From the NCBI GenBank assembly GCA_018065895.1, contig JAGHSK010000001.1, positions 5,834-69,833 of the forward strand: a stretch of DNA of 64,000 nucleotides, given 5' to 3'. The stretch is from Candidatus Cacconaster equi. GTDB lineage: Bacteria > Bacteroidota > Bacteroidia > Bacteroidales > UBA932. Shown here in pieces: positions 27,977-36,981 of the stretch. The position numbers and the translations under genes were made by a program. Every line of letters starts with the position of its first letter. The first letter of the stretch is position 1. The notes below the pieces were generated by a model that did not search any database, was not told the DNA's origin, and saw only the letters and a program-made list of their open reading frames with translations.

Positions 27977-28753
27977 ATGTCCAAGATTTCAATAATCACT
28001 CCGGTTTACAATGTCAGCGGGTATATTGGCGCCTGCCTGGAGAGTATTGCCGCACAAACTCTAAGCGGAATCGAAGTCGTGCTCGTAGATGATCACGGCA
28101 GTGACGGCAGTGTACATAATGCCAAGGATTTCGCAGAAAAACACCCTGAAATTGAGTGGAAATTCACGAAGACGCCTCTCAACAGCGGTCCCGGAGCGGC
28201 GCGTAACTACGGATTGACCGTGGCGGCAGGCGAGTATATTTGTTTCGTGGACGCAGATGACTGGATTGAACCGACATTCTGCGAAAAGCTGTACAACACG
28301 GCAAAATCCTCCAATGCAGATATGGCATGCTGCGACATATTCTTCGGTGCCCAGGTACGCAGGAACCCTTCCACAAATAACAAGAAGTTCTTCCTGCGTC
28401 ACTTCGTATCATATTTCACCACGTTCATCTACCGGAGAACCTTCCTTAAGGAAAACGGCATCATCTTTCCTGATACTCACAGCGCGGAGGACACCTGCTT
28501 CCTCACCTGCTCACTGATATGCGCCGAAAGGATTGCCTCCGTGCGTGAACCGCTTTACCATTACGTCATCAGGCCATCATCAGTAAGTCAGAAGCCCGAC
28601 AGACAGAGAGCTTCCCAGCGCCTTGCATCATTCGAATATCTGATTGATTTTGCCAAGAAACATGGTCTGTACGAAAAATATCCTTTCGAACTTCAGCTGA
28701 TACGCTTCAAAAAAGGATGGCTGATGTCATTGAAAGACCGCTTCATAGGATGA
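27977..28753 (+). CDS. Family 2 glycosyltransferase (soluble GT-A type)
   Basis: ISIITPVYNVSGYIGACLESI...VVLVDDHGSDGS and the DxD motif FVDADDW; no C-terminal TM helices. Confidence 0.85.
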   Translation: MSKISIITPVYNVSGYIGACLESIAAQTLSGIEVVLVDDHGSDGSVHNAKDFAEKHPEIEWKFTKTPLNSGPGAARNYGLTVAAGEYICFVDADDWIEPTFCEKLYNTAKSSNADMACCDIFFGAQVRRNPSTNNKKFFLRHFVSYFTTFIYRRTFLKENGIIFPDTHSAEDTCFLTCSLICAERIASVREPLYHYVIRPSSVSQKPDRQRASQRLASFEYLIDFAKKHGLYEKYPFELQLIRFKKGWLMSLKDRFIG

Positions 28754-29553
28754 CACCACGCATAAAGATATTCACACGCTCGTTTGACCTGCGCCTCTAT
28801 CGGCTTTCAAAAGGACTATATGAAGGCTTGGAGTGGGAAGGGATGAAAATTCCCTGCGTAAGGCTTACGGACCAGAGCGCAGACGGCTATTTCTTTACGA
28901 TGCTTCGCGATACGGAGTGTGACATCGCCATAAATATTGACGAAGACGCATTCATCACAAATCCGCAGCCTGTAATTGATCTCATAAAAACAGTCATTGA
29001 CGGAGGATATGCCAACGCTGGAGCATCAGACGGCGACAGCGCCACAACAGGCAGGAACAAAATAGTCACGAATCCATTCTTCAATATATTCAATCTCGAC
29101 CTGATACGGAGCAAATTCAACAAATCGCTGATGATACGCGAATTGAACGACGCCGAGCCATACTATCCGTTTTTCAGATGGATGGCATCCGAGTTCAAAA
29201 CATTGTATCTGCCCTGCGTACGCCACAAAGATGGAATCACAACCATTCTGCTCGACGAAAAAGGGAGAGAAATATGCCTCCACACCTGGTTCTCCAGATT
29301 CTATTCGATGCCTTCGTGGATCGTGCGCAAAATCGAACCGACTCAGGGAATGCAGAAGGCGCGCATCGACGCCATAATTCGTGAAGCCTACGAAAAAGCG
29401 GAGTGCGCAATCCCCGAATTCGGTCTATCCGACAAAGCGGCTTTCGCCGCCAACAAAGTTGTCCGTTGGATGATAAAAATCCCTCAGCGCGTATCACGCT
29501 GGCCATACAAGATCAAACGGAAGATTCTCAGGAGCAAAAGCCAGAATCGCTGA
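28750..29553 (+). CDS. Hypothetical protein, possible unclassified glycosyltransferase-like enzyme
   Basis: Start set at ATG 28750, which forms an ATGA overlap with the GT2 stop. Acidic INIDEDAF segment; no family recognised. Confidence 0.45.
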   Translation: MTPRIKIFTRSFDLRLYRLSKGLYEGLEWEGMKIPCVRLTDQSADGYFFTMLRDTECDIAINIDEDAFITNPQPVIDLIKTVIDGGYANAGASDGDSATTGRNKIVTNPFFNIFNLDLIRSKFNKSLMIRELNDAEPYYPFFRWMASEFKTLYLPCVRHKDGITTILLDEKGREICLHTWFSRFYSMPSWIVRKIEPTQGMQKARIDAIIREAYEKAECAIPEFGLSDKAAFAANKVVRWMIKIPQRVSRWPYKIKRKILRSKSQNR

Positions 29554-30577
29554 TAACCTGTTCTATGCGGTTGGCATAGGTATGATTTCTCATCGTTGTT
29601 ACGTGAGCCCTTGATGCCGCTTCCGATTTATCTGAAGCAAGGGCCTCCCGTATCCTTTCAACAAGTTCATCAGCATCTGCGTAAAGTTCCACATCACCGT
29701 CAGGAAAAATGGTTCTGACATAAGGATTGGCATCACAGATCTGATAGGCCCCGCTGCCGCAAATCTCAAAGACGCGAGGATTCGCGCCGTCCTTCTGATC
29801 ATCCCGGTGGATATTCAGCACTATCCTTGCTCTGTTGTAGAAGGCATTCACGGCTGAAGCAGGAACGTTTCCGTTGGTATAGACATCCCTGTGTTCGCGC
29901 AGCAACCACTTCAGAGGATTCTTGTACCACGGCTTGTATTTGCCGATAATGAGAATTCTATTATGAGGAAACTCCTCAACCACCCTCTTGAGCAAAGCCT
30001 GACGATTGGGATAATAATACAGGTCGCCTACAAAAAGAATGTCAATATCCTTTTTCTGAGGCACGGGATAATACAACTCCGTATCGCAAGCCTGCGGCAG
30101 GAACGACGCCTCCATACCGGAGCGATTCAATTCAGCCACATCCCTGCGGTCGAAACTGTACAGACGGTCACAATGCCCTGCTATGTCACGGCACGACGAC
30201 ATCTTTGACAGATTGTCGAAAAGCCAGAGGGCCACTTTTGCTTTTGAGCGGAAATGCTCCAAAGTGTCAGGATGAAGGATGTCTCCATTCATTATAAAGA
30301 CCAAGTCAGGTGCCTCCGTATCGAAAATGGCGACTGCCTTTGCGTTGAAGGATTTTTCGCTTTCATTCCGAAGTTTTTTGCGGCAGGAGCTGCATCCCAG
30401 TTTGTAGCGCACCTTCATTGCTGCCGTATAAGGGTCTATCGGATTGTCGTACCCGATTACAGTACAGTCCCATCCCAGTCCAAGAAATGCCTTCGATACG
30501 GCATTCAGAAAATTGTAATAATTGGGACCTATTACCAGAGCCTTGTGCAGATGTTTCATTTTTCCGGTTGATTCCAT
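29528..30577 (-). CDS. CgeB-like glycosyltransferase-family protein (DUF3880 plus GT1-like C-terminal domain)
   Basis: The C-terminal LNIHRDDQKDGANPRVFEICGSGAYQICD resembles the CgeB/Glyco_trans_1_2 signature. Its 3' end overlaps the convergent gene by 26 nt. Confidence 0.6.
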   Translation of the reverse strand: MESTGKMKHLHKALVIGPNYYNFLNAVSKAFLGLGWDCTVIGYDNPIDPYTAAMKVRYKLGCSSCRKKLRNESEKSFNAKAVAIFDTEAPDLVFIMNGDILHPDTLEHFRSKAKVALWLFDNLSKMSSCRDIAGHCDRLYSFDRRDVAELNRSGMEASFLPQACDTELYYPVPQKKDIDILFVGDLYYYPNRQALLKRVVEEFPHNRILIIGKYKPWYKNPLKWLLREHRDVYTNGNVPASAVNAFYNRARIVLNIHRDDQKDGANPRVFEICGSGAYQICDANPYVRTIFPDGDVELYADADELVERIREALASDKSEAASRAHVTTMRNHTYANRIEQVISDSGFCS

Positions 30578-30581
30578 ACCA

Positions 30582-32129
30582 TCAGGCCCTCCTGCCGAAT
30601 TTTTCTTTAATCACCTTCACTGCGCCGGCTCTTTCCGATCCGGACATACCGAGGAAATATATTGATACCGCAGTCATCACAACAGATGCCGCCGATACCA
30701 CGAAGAAACGCATTGTTCCGTCAGGAAGAGAGATCTCCAGCAACAAAGGGACCAATGCCGACGCCACGGACACTTTCAGAACGGGAGCTATGACTCCAGA
30801 GAGATAGCTGCCAGTCGAAAGGCCCACCGCATTCCGAACATAGAGCACCCGCACGGCCAGAGCCACGAGGCACAATATGATGGTGACATAGTATATGCTT
30901 TCAGGTGCAAAGTGCAGCTTGAAGAGCAGATATCCCACAGGAAGCACCGAAAGGGTAATCAGTCCGGTGGCAACCTGGTAGTTGCGGATATCGCCATGAG
31001 CCTGCATCACCGTATTGAGCGGGCTCTCCAGCACTATTATCAAGGAATTGACGAGAGCCAGACGGGCGAACAGCGTCGTGTGCTCCGGAACATCCTTCAA
31101 CCAGACATCCAGTATGAAAGGCATCTCGAAAAGGAATGGAAGCGCTACGATAAGCATCAAGTAGTATGCGAAACGCGATGTCTGATTGACCAGTTTCAGC
31201 GTCCCCTTCACGTCCCCTGACGAATAGGACTTGAGCAGCTGAGGATAGAATGCCGTGATGAAATTCTCAACAAACTGACGGAGAGTCGCGAACACTTTGT
31301 AGGCCATTCCGCGGGCGGCATTGATTACCGGTCCGAAGAATATGTTGAGCAATATGTTGACTCCCTGATTCTGGCATACGAGAGAGGCGGAGCCGAACAT
31401 ACTCCATCCTGCGAATGAGAAGAGCTTTGCAAACTGCGTCTTTTCGAAATAGAACCTGTAGCGGCACTCCTTGTAGAATATGGTGCAGTATGCCACGTAA
31501 AAGAGCGTCACCACTATGCTGACACACATCATCAGCACTGAATAGAGAATAAGCTTGTCACTGCCGGTCCTGAGCAGCATCAATGCTACGGCCAGGTTGC
31601 CGCACGCCTCGAACACGCTCACGTAGGCGAACACCTTCATCTTCTCGCGGATAGTGACCATCGCCATATAAGGAGTGCGCAGTATCACGAAGACAACCGA
31701 CACTATGCTGCACTGGAACACCCATCTGGCAGCCGCCATCCTGCCGGCAACCTTTATCTTTCTATAGAGCAGCCACAGGCCCACCGTTTCGGAGAGAACC
31801 ACAGCCAGCAGAGCTATTAAAATGAATACGAAGAGACAGAGGTTGAAAGTACGGTGAAGCCCCTCATAGTCCTCCCTGCCAAGTTCGTATGCATAGAACC
31901 TGTTGCAGGCACTGGCCATCGCTCCATTGATAAAGGCCATCATCATCACGATTCCGCCCACTGCATTGTAAATGCCGAAGTCCACCTCCCCCAAAGCATC
32001 CAGAACTATCCTGGATGTGTAGAGGCTGACAAGCATCACCACTGCCATACGCACGTAGAGCAGCATTGCATTCTTCGCTATCCTTCTCTGGTCAATGACT
32101 GTCATACGGGTAAATTTCGATGTTGACAT
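30582..32129 (-). CDS. wzx: Wzx-type oligosaccharide flippase (polysaccharide biosynthesis protein, MOP superfamily)
   Basis: 515 aa; about 12-14 TM segments; N-terminal RIAKNAMLLYVRM motif. The start could be the ATG at 32105. Confidence 0.8.
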   Translation of the reverse strand: MSTSKFTRMTVIDQRRIAKNAMLLYVRMAVVMLVSLYTSRIVLDALGEVDFGIYNAVGGIVMMMAFINGAMASACNRFYAYELGREDYEGLHRTFNLCLFVFILIALLAVVLSETVGLWLLYRKIKVAGRMAAARWVFQCSIVSVVFVILRTPYMAMVTIREKMKVFAYVSVFEACGNLAVALMLLRTGSDKLILYSVLMMCVSIVVTLFYVAYCTIFYKECRYRFYFEKTQFAKLFSFAGWSMFGSASLVCQNQGVNILLNIFFGPVINAARGMAYKVFATLRQFVENFITAFYPQLLKSYSSGDVKGTLKLVNQTSRFAYYLMLIVALPFLFEMPFILDVWLKDVPEHTTLFARLALVNSLIIVLESPLNTVMQAHGDIRNYQVATGLITLSVLPVGYLLFKLHFAPESIYYVTIILCLVALAVRVLYVRNAVGLSTGSYLSGVIAPVLKVSVASALVPLLLEISLPDGTMRFFVVSAASVVMTAVSIYFLGMSGSERAGAVKVIKEKFGRRA

Positions 32130-32907
32130 TGTGCCCTCCGCGCTGTTCCTCAGGCGGGAGTTTCATATAATCGCCGAACAAAGCCTTAAGATATCCATCA
32201 TAGTTGCCCGGAGCGAAGAATCGATGTCCCTCAAAATCAAGCTCGGTCAGAGGGAAGACGTGACTCAGGTAGCGCGGATTGCGGAACCCCACGTAATATC
32301 GGCCTATCATATCGCTGCGCGTAAGATTGGCATATAGCCTGAAAATTCCTGTAAAAGCCCATACGAATGGCCAGAGCAGATATGCGGCAACCTTCGTCCA
32401 GATACGGCGGAAGCGGGAGCTGTACATTGCCTCGCCGTAGTTGTGCATCGTTCTGGTGACCCGTCCATAAAGCAGATATACCAGATGCTGCACCTTCATC
32501 GAAGGAATTCTCTCAAGCAGCACCACATCCAGGAAAAGGCCTCTGTACTTCTGTTTTCTCTCCAAGGGAAGGTCGAAAAGAGAGTATCTGTCCCTTATGC
32601 GCGGCGACATTTCAAAATGGTAAGGATCAGTAGTCCAGTCCTGATATGCGAATCGTTCAGGCAGACATTCCAGCATTGCCTGTTTGAACCGCCTGTAATC
32701 TTTCTTGTTTATGCAGATGTCAAGGTCGTCGTCCCACGGAATAAAACCGCCGTGCCGTACTGCGCCGAGAAGGGTTCCGGCATCCATCCAATAGTCAATC
32801 CCCCGCTCACGGCATATTTTATCGACCTCAACGAGTATGTCGAGCATTCTCAGCTGGGCCTCTCTGAGAACCGAGCCATCGGGATTGTATGGATTGAGCT
32901 CTGTCAT
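32092..32907 (-). CDS. licD: LicD-family phosphotransferase (transfers phospho-alcohol head groups from CDP donors to glycans)
   Basis: LLGAVRHGGFIPWDDDLDI motif; 271 aa. Confidence 0.85.
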   Translation of the reverse strand: MTELNPYNPDGSVLREAQLRMLDILVEVDKICRERGIDYWMDAGTLLGAVRHGGFIPWDDDLDICINKKDYRRFKQAMLECLPERFAYQDWTTDPYHFEMSPRIRDRYSLFDLPLERKQKYRGLFLDVVLLERIPSMKVQHLVYLLYGRVTRTMHNYGEAMYSSRFRRIWTKVAAYLLWPFVWAFTGIFRLYANLTRSDMIGRYYVGFRNPRYLSHVFPLTELDFEGHRFFAPGNYDGYLKALFGDYMKLPPEEQRGGHNVNIEIYPYDSH

Positions 32908-33851
32908 ACCCAGAATTTGGATGTCACATTCTCAAAGTCAGTCTCCCCCACTTCCGCTTCGATCATATCATAGATTCGTGATGCGAAAAGAACATCGTGA
33001 AGGCCGATGCCTATGTTGTAACTCAGGATACGTTGCGAATTGTCCGTGCGCCCCTCACATTTTCCGGCTAGGACATTCCCGATTTCACCGAAAGATCTGA
33101 ACCTGTCGAAATATTTGAAACCGCATACATGCGAACGGTCGTCAGCGAAAACCTTGTCAAAAAAGAGGTCGCAATTCTGAAAGCCCTTTGTATGAACCGG
33201 CACGACAAGAATGCCTTCAGGGAATACCCGGTCATCAGGACAGATAAGACTCCCGGCGTCAGTCACACAACTGAAAAGAACCGTGGATGTTCCTACCAGT
33301 GCCTCAACATTATCCACATATTCGAAACAAACGTTATCGTAGTCTGAGAACCTTTGAGAGAAGAGCTCTGCCTGATCTTTATATCTGAGCAGTCGAACCT
33401 TGTGATTCATATTCCTTTCAGACTCCAGAAGACACAGTAAAGTGGCCCTTGCAGTGTTTCCAAGCCCTATGAACGAGTAGACCTGTTCTCCTGACAAGCG
33501 GAAGGTCTGTGCAGCAAGCGCTGCGACGGCCCCGGTACGCATCATTGTAATCCAGTTTGCATCCATTATTGCAAGCAACCTGCCTGTAAGGGAATCATAA
33601 AGCAGTTCAACCGCATCAATTGACGGCACTGCACCAGCCACTCTGCGAACCTCCTTGACACCGAACCTATGGAATTCATCCGGAAGAAGACAGGGCATTG
33701 TATTGAAGAAATCGTTTCCCTGAGGATGAATGCTGGTTTTTGCGGGCAACACAGAACGATCCTTCATCAGAAAAGACTCCCTAACCCACTCAACGCAAGT
33801 TGCAGGGCCTATCCGAAGTGACTTTATATCATTGAATCCCAGTAATTTCAT
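32904..33851 (-). CDS. Ornithine cyclodeaminase / mu-crystallin-family NAD(P)-dependent enzyme
   Basis: MRTGAVAALAAQ substrate-loop motif and GLGNTARATL dinucleotide fold; 315 aa; 4-nt overlap with licD. Confidence 0.7.
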   Translation of the reverse strand: MKLLGFNDIKSLRIGPATCVEWVRESFLMKDRSVLPAKTSIHPQGNDFFNTMPCLLPDEFHRFGVKEVRRVAGAVPSIDAVELLYDSLTGRLLAIMDANWITMMRTGAVAALAAQTFRLSGEQVYSFIGLGNTARATLLCLLESERNMNHKVRLLRYKDQAELFSQRFSDYDNVCFEYVDNVEALVGTSTVLFSCVTDAGSLICPDDRVFPEGILVVPVHTKGFQNCDLFFDKVFADDRSHVCGFKYFDRFRSFGEIGNVLAGKCEGRTDNSQRILSYNIGIGLHDVLFASRIYDMIEAEVGETDFENVTSKFWV

Positions 33852-35655
33852 ACTCTTTCAACACATTTATCAAACGAGCATTGGCTCCCCTGTCGCGCAC
33901 CGCAATGCGGATAAAGTCCTTTCCACCGAACCCCTTCTTTCCACTACAATCCTTGATAAGGATATCGTGTTCGTTCAGAAGCCTTTCCGTCAATTCTGAC
34001 GAAGAAATCCCAAGAGTCCGACAAAGAAAATAATTTGCCTGACTCGGAATCACCCTCAAAAACGGCACAGTGCTCAGGTCTTCGAAGAAAATGGTTCTCT
34101 CCTGCAGAAATTTTTCGCGTGCATAACGATAATCCACCTCATATTTGTTGAATATCTGCATGAAAAACTCCGCAAAGGAGTTGATGTTCCATATAGGGAC
34201 ATCCGTTTTCAATGAAGCAATCAGGTTCCTGTCAGCAGACGCAAGCAATCCGAGCCTGAGTCCCGGCACTCCGTACGATTTGGAGATACTTTTTATGACC
34301 ACCATCCCGGGATAGCGCTCCAATGATTCATTTTTCAACATTGACTGTGTCAACCCGTCCTGCGCGAAATCCAGGAAAGATTCATCGAGAATCAGCCTGA
34401 TGCCGTTGCTTTTGCACCACTCCGCCACACTCTCCACATCCTCTGTCGGAAGCAGGTTGCCGGACGGGTTGTCAGGATTGACAAGAAGCAGATTTTCGAC
34501 CTTGTGCGATCCGAAATACGATATGATCTCTTCTGCATTGTATCTGAAATCACTGTCAGCAGGAACGAATTCCACCACACGCGAAGAATCCATCCTGTTA
34601 GGATACTCCTCAAATGTAGGGAATACCACGCCGAGTTTTCCTGTGAGTCTGTCGATGAGGCTCTTTATCAATTCCGCAGCGCCGTTGCCTGGCAGAATAT
34701 ACTCTTCCCTGACTCCGAAACACTTGCTTGCAAGGAGACAGTTCATTTTCATTCCGGAAGGATATTGAGTCAGAAGGGTGTCGAAATTGGAGCGTAATTC
34801 ATCCTTCATTCTTGACGAAGGAAAATACGGATTGACGAGATAGCAGAAATCAAGCATCTTCGGGAAACGCCAGTAGCCCCCGTAGCGTTTCTGGTACTTT
34901 TCAAGCCTTTCCCTGCCTTGAGCGAAAATTGAAGAGGCAACGTCTATGTCGGCCTTGTCATCGGATTCGTACCACTTTGCGCCGTCAACAGGCAGAGCCT
35001 TCAAGTCGGAGGTGTTCAGCATACATATCACGCGCAGAACCTGTTCGTAATACTCATTGTTGCCAAGAGCCTTGCAATAGGCATCCAGGAAAGGCACATA
35101 CTTGTGCGTAGAGAATTCGCGGCTGAACTTGTATACATTTACGGTCTTGTAATAGGAATCCGTCTGGGAATATTTGAATGCCTTCTTTGGGATAAAGTTC
35201 ACTATGTTGCTGTCATCGTCAATCTGCACCATCGTCCCATCCATCCAAGTCTGATACTTGGCCACCAGTGCAATGTTCGGGTAAGGATTGCCGACAATCA
35301 TAGGCAGTATCGAATCGTCAAGCATAAGATCCGACTCTATGAGAAGTGTATCGTCTTCAGTCAGCTGCTTCTTGGCAAGGGCAAGCGAATAGATATTGTT
35401 GGTCCTTTCATAGACCGGATTCTCAACATATTCAACCTTCAGTCCCCCAAGGTCAAGAGATTTGATATGTTCAGTGAGATTCTCAGCCTGATAGCCGACC
35501 ACTATGACCACCCTTTTGAGGTTCAGCTCACCCAACTGACGGAGCAATCTGTCAATCATAGGAACGCCATTGACGGGAACCATACATTTGGTGTTGTTCC
35601 TGGTGTACTCACCAAGTCTCCTTCCCATTCCGGCAGCCAGAATAATCGCCTGCAT
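33829..35655 (-). CDS. Bifunctional protein: N-terminal LicC-like cytidylyltransferase fused to a C-terminal CobD/HisC-type class I/II PLP enzyme
   Basis: N-terminal domain: MQAIILAAGMGRRLG, NNIYSL, YYEQVL (LicC-like). C-terminal domain: GNGAAELI, NPDNPSG, DESFLDF, and SISKSYGVPGLRLG carrying the PLP lysine. 608 aa; 23-nt overlap with the downstream OCD-like gene. Confidence 0.75.
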   Translation of the reverse strand: MQAIILAAGMGRRLGEYTRNNTKCMVPVNGVPMIDRLLRQLGELNLKRVVIVVGYQAENLTEHIKSLDLGGLKVEYVENPVYERTNNIYSLALAKKQLTEDDTLLIESDLMLDDSILPMIVGNPYPNIALVAKYQTWMDGTMVQIDDDSNIVNFIPKKAFKYSQTDSYYKTVNVYKFSREFSTHKYVPFLDAYCKALGNNEYYEQVLRVICMLNTSDLKALPVDGAKWYESDDKADIDVASSIFAQGRERLEKYQKRYGGYWRFPKMLDFCYLVNPYFPSSRMKDELRSNFDTLLTQYPSGMKMNCLLASKCFGVREEYILPGNGAAELIKSLIDRLTGKLGVVFPTFEEYPNRMDSSRVVEFVPADSDFRYNAEEIISYFGSHKVENLLLVNPDNPSGNLLPTEDVESVAEWCKSNGIRLILDESFLDFAQDGLTQSMLKNESLERYPGMVVIKSISKSYGVPGLRLGLLASADRNLIASLKTDVPIWNINSFAEFFMQIFNKYEVDYRYAREKFLQERTIFFEDLSTVPFLRVIPSQANYFLCRTLGISSSELTERLLNEHDILIKDCSGKKGFGGKDFIRIAVRDRGANARLINVLKEYEITGIQ

Positions 35656-35713
35656 AATACCTGATTTCTAAAAATAACTTATAAAGTTACAACTATTTAT
35701 CAAAATTCTCAAA

Positions 35714-36835
35714 TCATCGGAGAACCGCATCCGCCATGGCCTTCCAAGAGTACTTTTCCTTCTCGGACTTCAATCCCTGTGAAAAATCCACGGGATTTTC
35801 CGAGAACTCAACCAAAGCGTCAGCGATGGCCTTTACAGATGGTTCGACACAATAACCGGCTTTCCCGTCGGGAACCACTTCCGGCAGCCCTCCCACCCTT
35901 GTAACGAGCATAGGTCTCTCAAAATGATACGCTATCTGCGTTATACCGCTCTGAGTGGCTGACTTGTATGGCTGAACAACCATATCAGCCGCACAAAAAT
36001 GGTATTTCACCATACCGTCAGGCACGAATTCAGTGTTCCATATCAAACGGTCGTTCAAACAAAGCCTGTCCGCCAACTCGTGATATTTCTTCCCATCTCC
36101 GTAGAATTCACCGGCTATGATAAGTTTAAGATCCTTCTGTGCAGAAAGCCGCTCGTCAGCGAATGCCTCCATCAACCAGTCAAGACCCTTATAATCCCGG
36201 ATCAATCCGAAAAAGAGCAGATAACGGCACTTGTCATCAAGCCCCAGCACTCTGCAGGCCTCCCCTTTCGTCACCGTCGCCCCGAAATTATCATACAGCG
36301 GATGTGGGCTGAAAGAGCAGATTTTTTCAGGCGCAAAATCCTTCAAGTCACTTCTGACAGATTCAGACATGGCCACAAAGGAATCCATGGCATCGCAGAA
36401 ATATCGGGCAAATCGTGTATCGCCGGGACGTTTCTCATGCGGAACCAGATTATGCAGCAGTCCCACCATCTTCGTATTTCCTCCACTGCCGGACTTGGCC
36501 ACCCTTGCGACCGTTCCGAAGGCAGGAGCCATATACGGCAGCCAGAAAGCGAAAACGACATAATCAGGATGCATCTTCCTGATTTGTATGCCTGTTCTGA
36601 GCCAATTCAACGGATTTATGGAATTGAGCATTCTGACTATTTTCAGTCCGATAGGAGCGGAAGAAGTGGAATACTGGGTTTGCCCAGGAAAGAGGAATGA
36701 CGGATATTGCAACGTAAAGGTGCAGAGGATAACCTCATGTCCCTGAAGTTGGAACTCCCTTGCCAATCTCTCACTGAAAGCGGCTATCCCACCCCTATAG
36801 GGATGTGCAGGACCGACTATGACAATTTTACTCAT
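35714..36835 (-). CDS. Family 4 (GT-B) glycosyltransferase
   Basis: Start set at ATG 36835 (MSKIVIVGPAHPYRGGIA); C-terminal E-x7-E-type region (QSGITQIAYHFERPMLVTRVGGLPEVV). Confidence 0.85.
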   Translation of the reverse strand: MSKIVIVGPAHPYRGGIAAFSERLAREFQLQGHEVILCTFTLQYPSFLFPGQTQYSTSSAPIGLKIVRMLNSINPLNWLRTGIQIRKMHPDYVVFAFWLPYMAPAFGTVARVAKSGSGGNTKMVGLLHNLVPHEKRPGDTRFARYFCDAMDSFVAMSESVRSDLKDFAPEKICSFSPHPLYDNFGATVTKGEACRVLGLDDKCRYLLFFGLIRDYKGLDWLMEAFADERLSAQKDLKLIIAGEFYGDGKKYHELADRLCLNDRLIWNTEFVPDGMVKYHFCAADMVVQPYKSATQSGITQIAYHFERPMLVTRVGGLPEVVPDGKAGYCVEPSVKAIADALVEFSENPVDFSQGLKSEKEKYSWKAMADAVLR

Positions 36836-36841
36836 AACTTG

Positions 36842-36849
36842 CAAATTTA
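36842..36849 (-). promoter_or_regulatory. -7 promoter box for the GT4-to-cgeB-like glycan operon (near-leaderless)
   Basis: Minus-strand TAAATTTG, only 6 nt upstream of ATG 36835. Confidence 0.45.
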
Positions 36850-36976
36850 CCATTTTTTTAAAAAGGAAATGTATTTTTAAAATCGAAAAAACTTTCAGGT
36901 CATAACCGCACAAAAGCCTTCCCGTGCTTTGAGAATAGCCATACAGGTGCTAATTTAGCAGTATTAACATAAAAAA

Positions 36977-36981
36977 GGAGG
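36977..36981 (+). promoter_or_regulatory. Shine-Dalgarno-like AAGGAGGT for lipoprotein gene
   Basis: AAAAAAGGAGGTAATATG; 4-nt spacer to ATG 36986. Confidence 0.4.
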
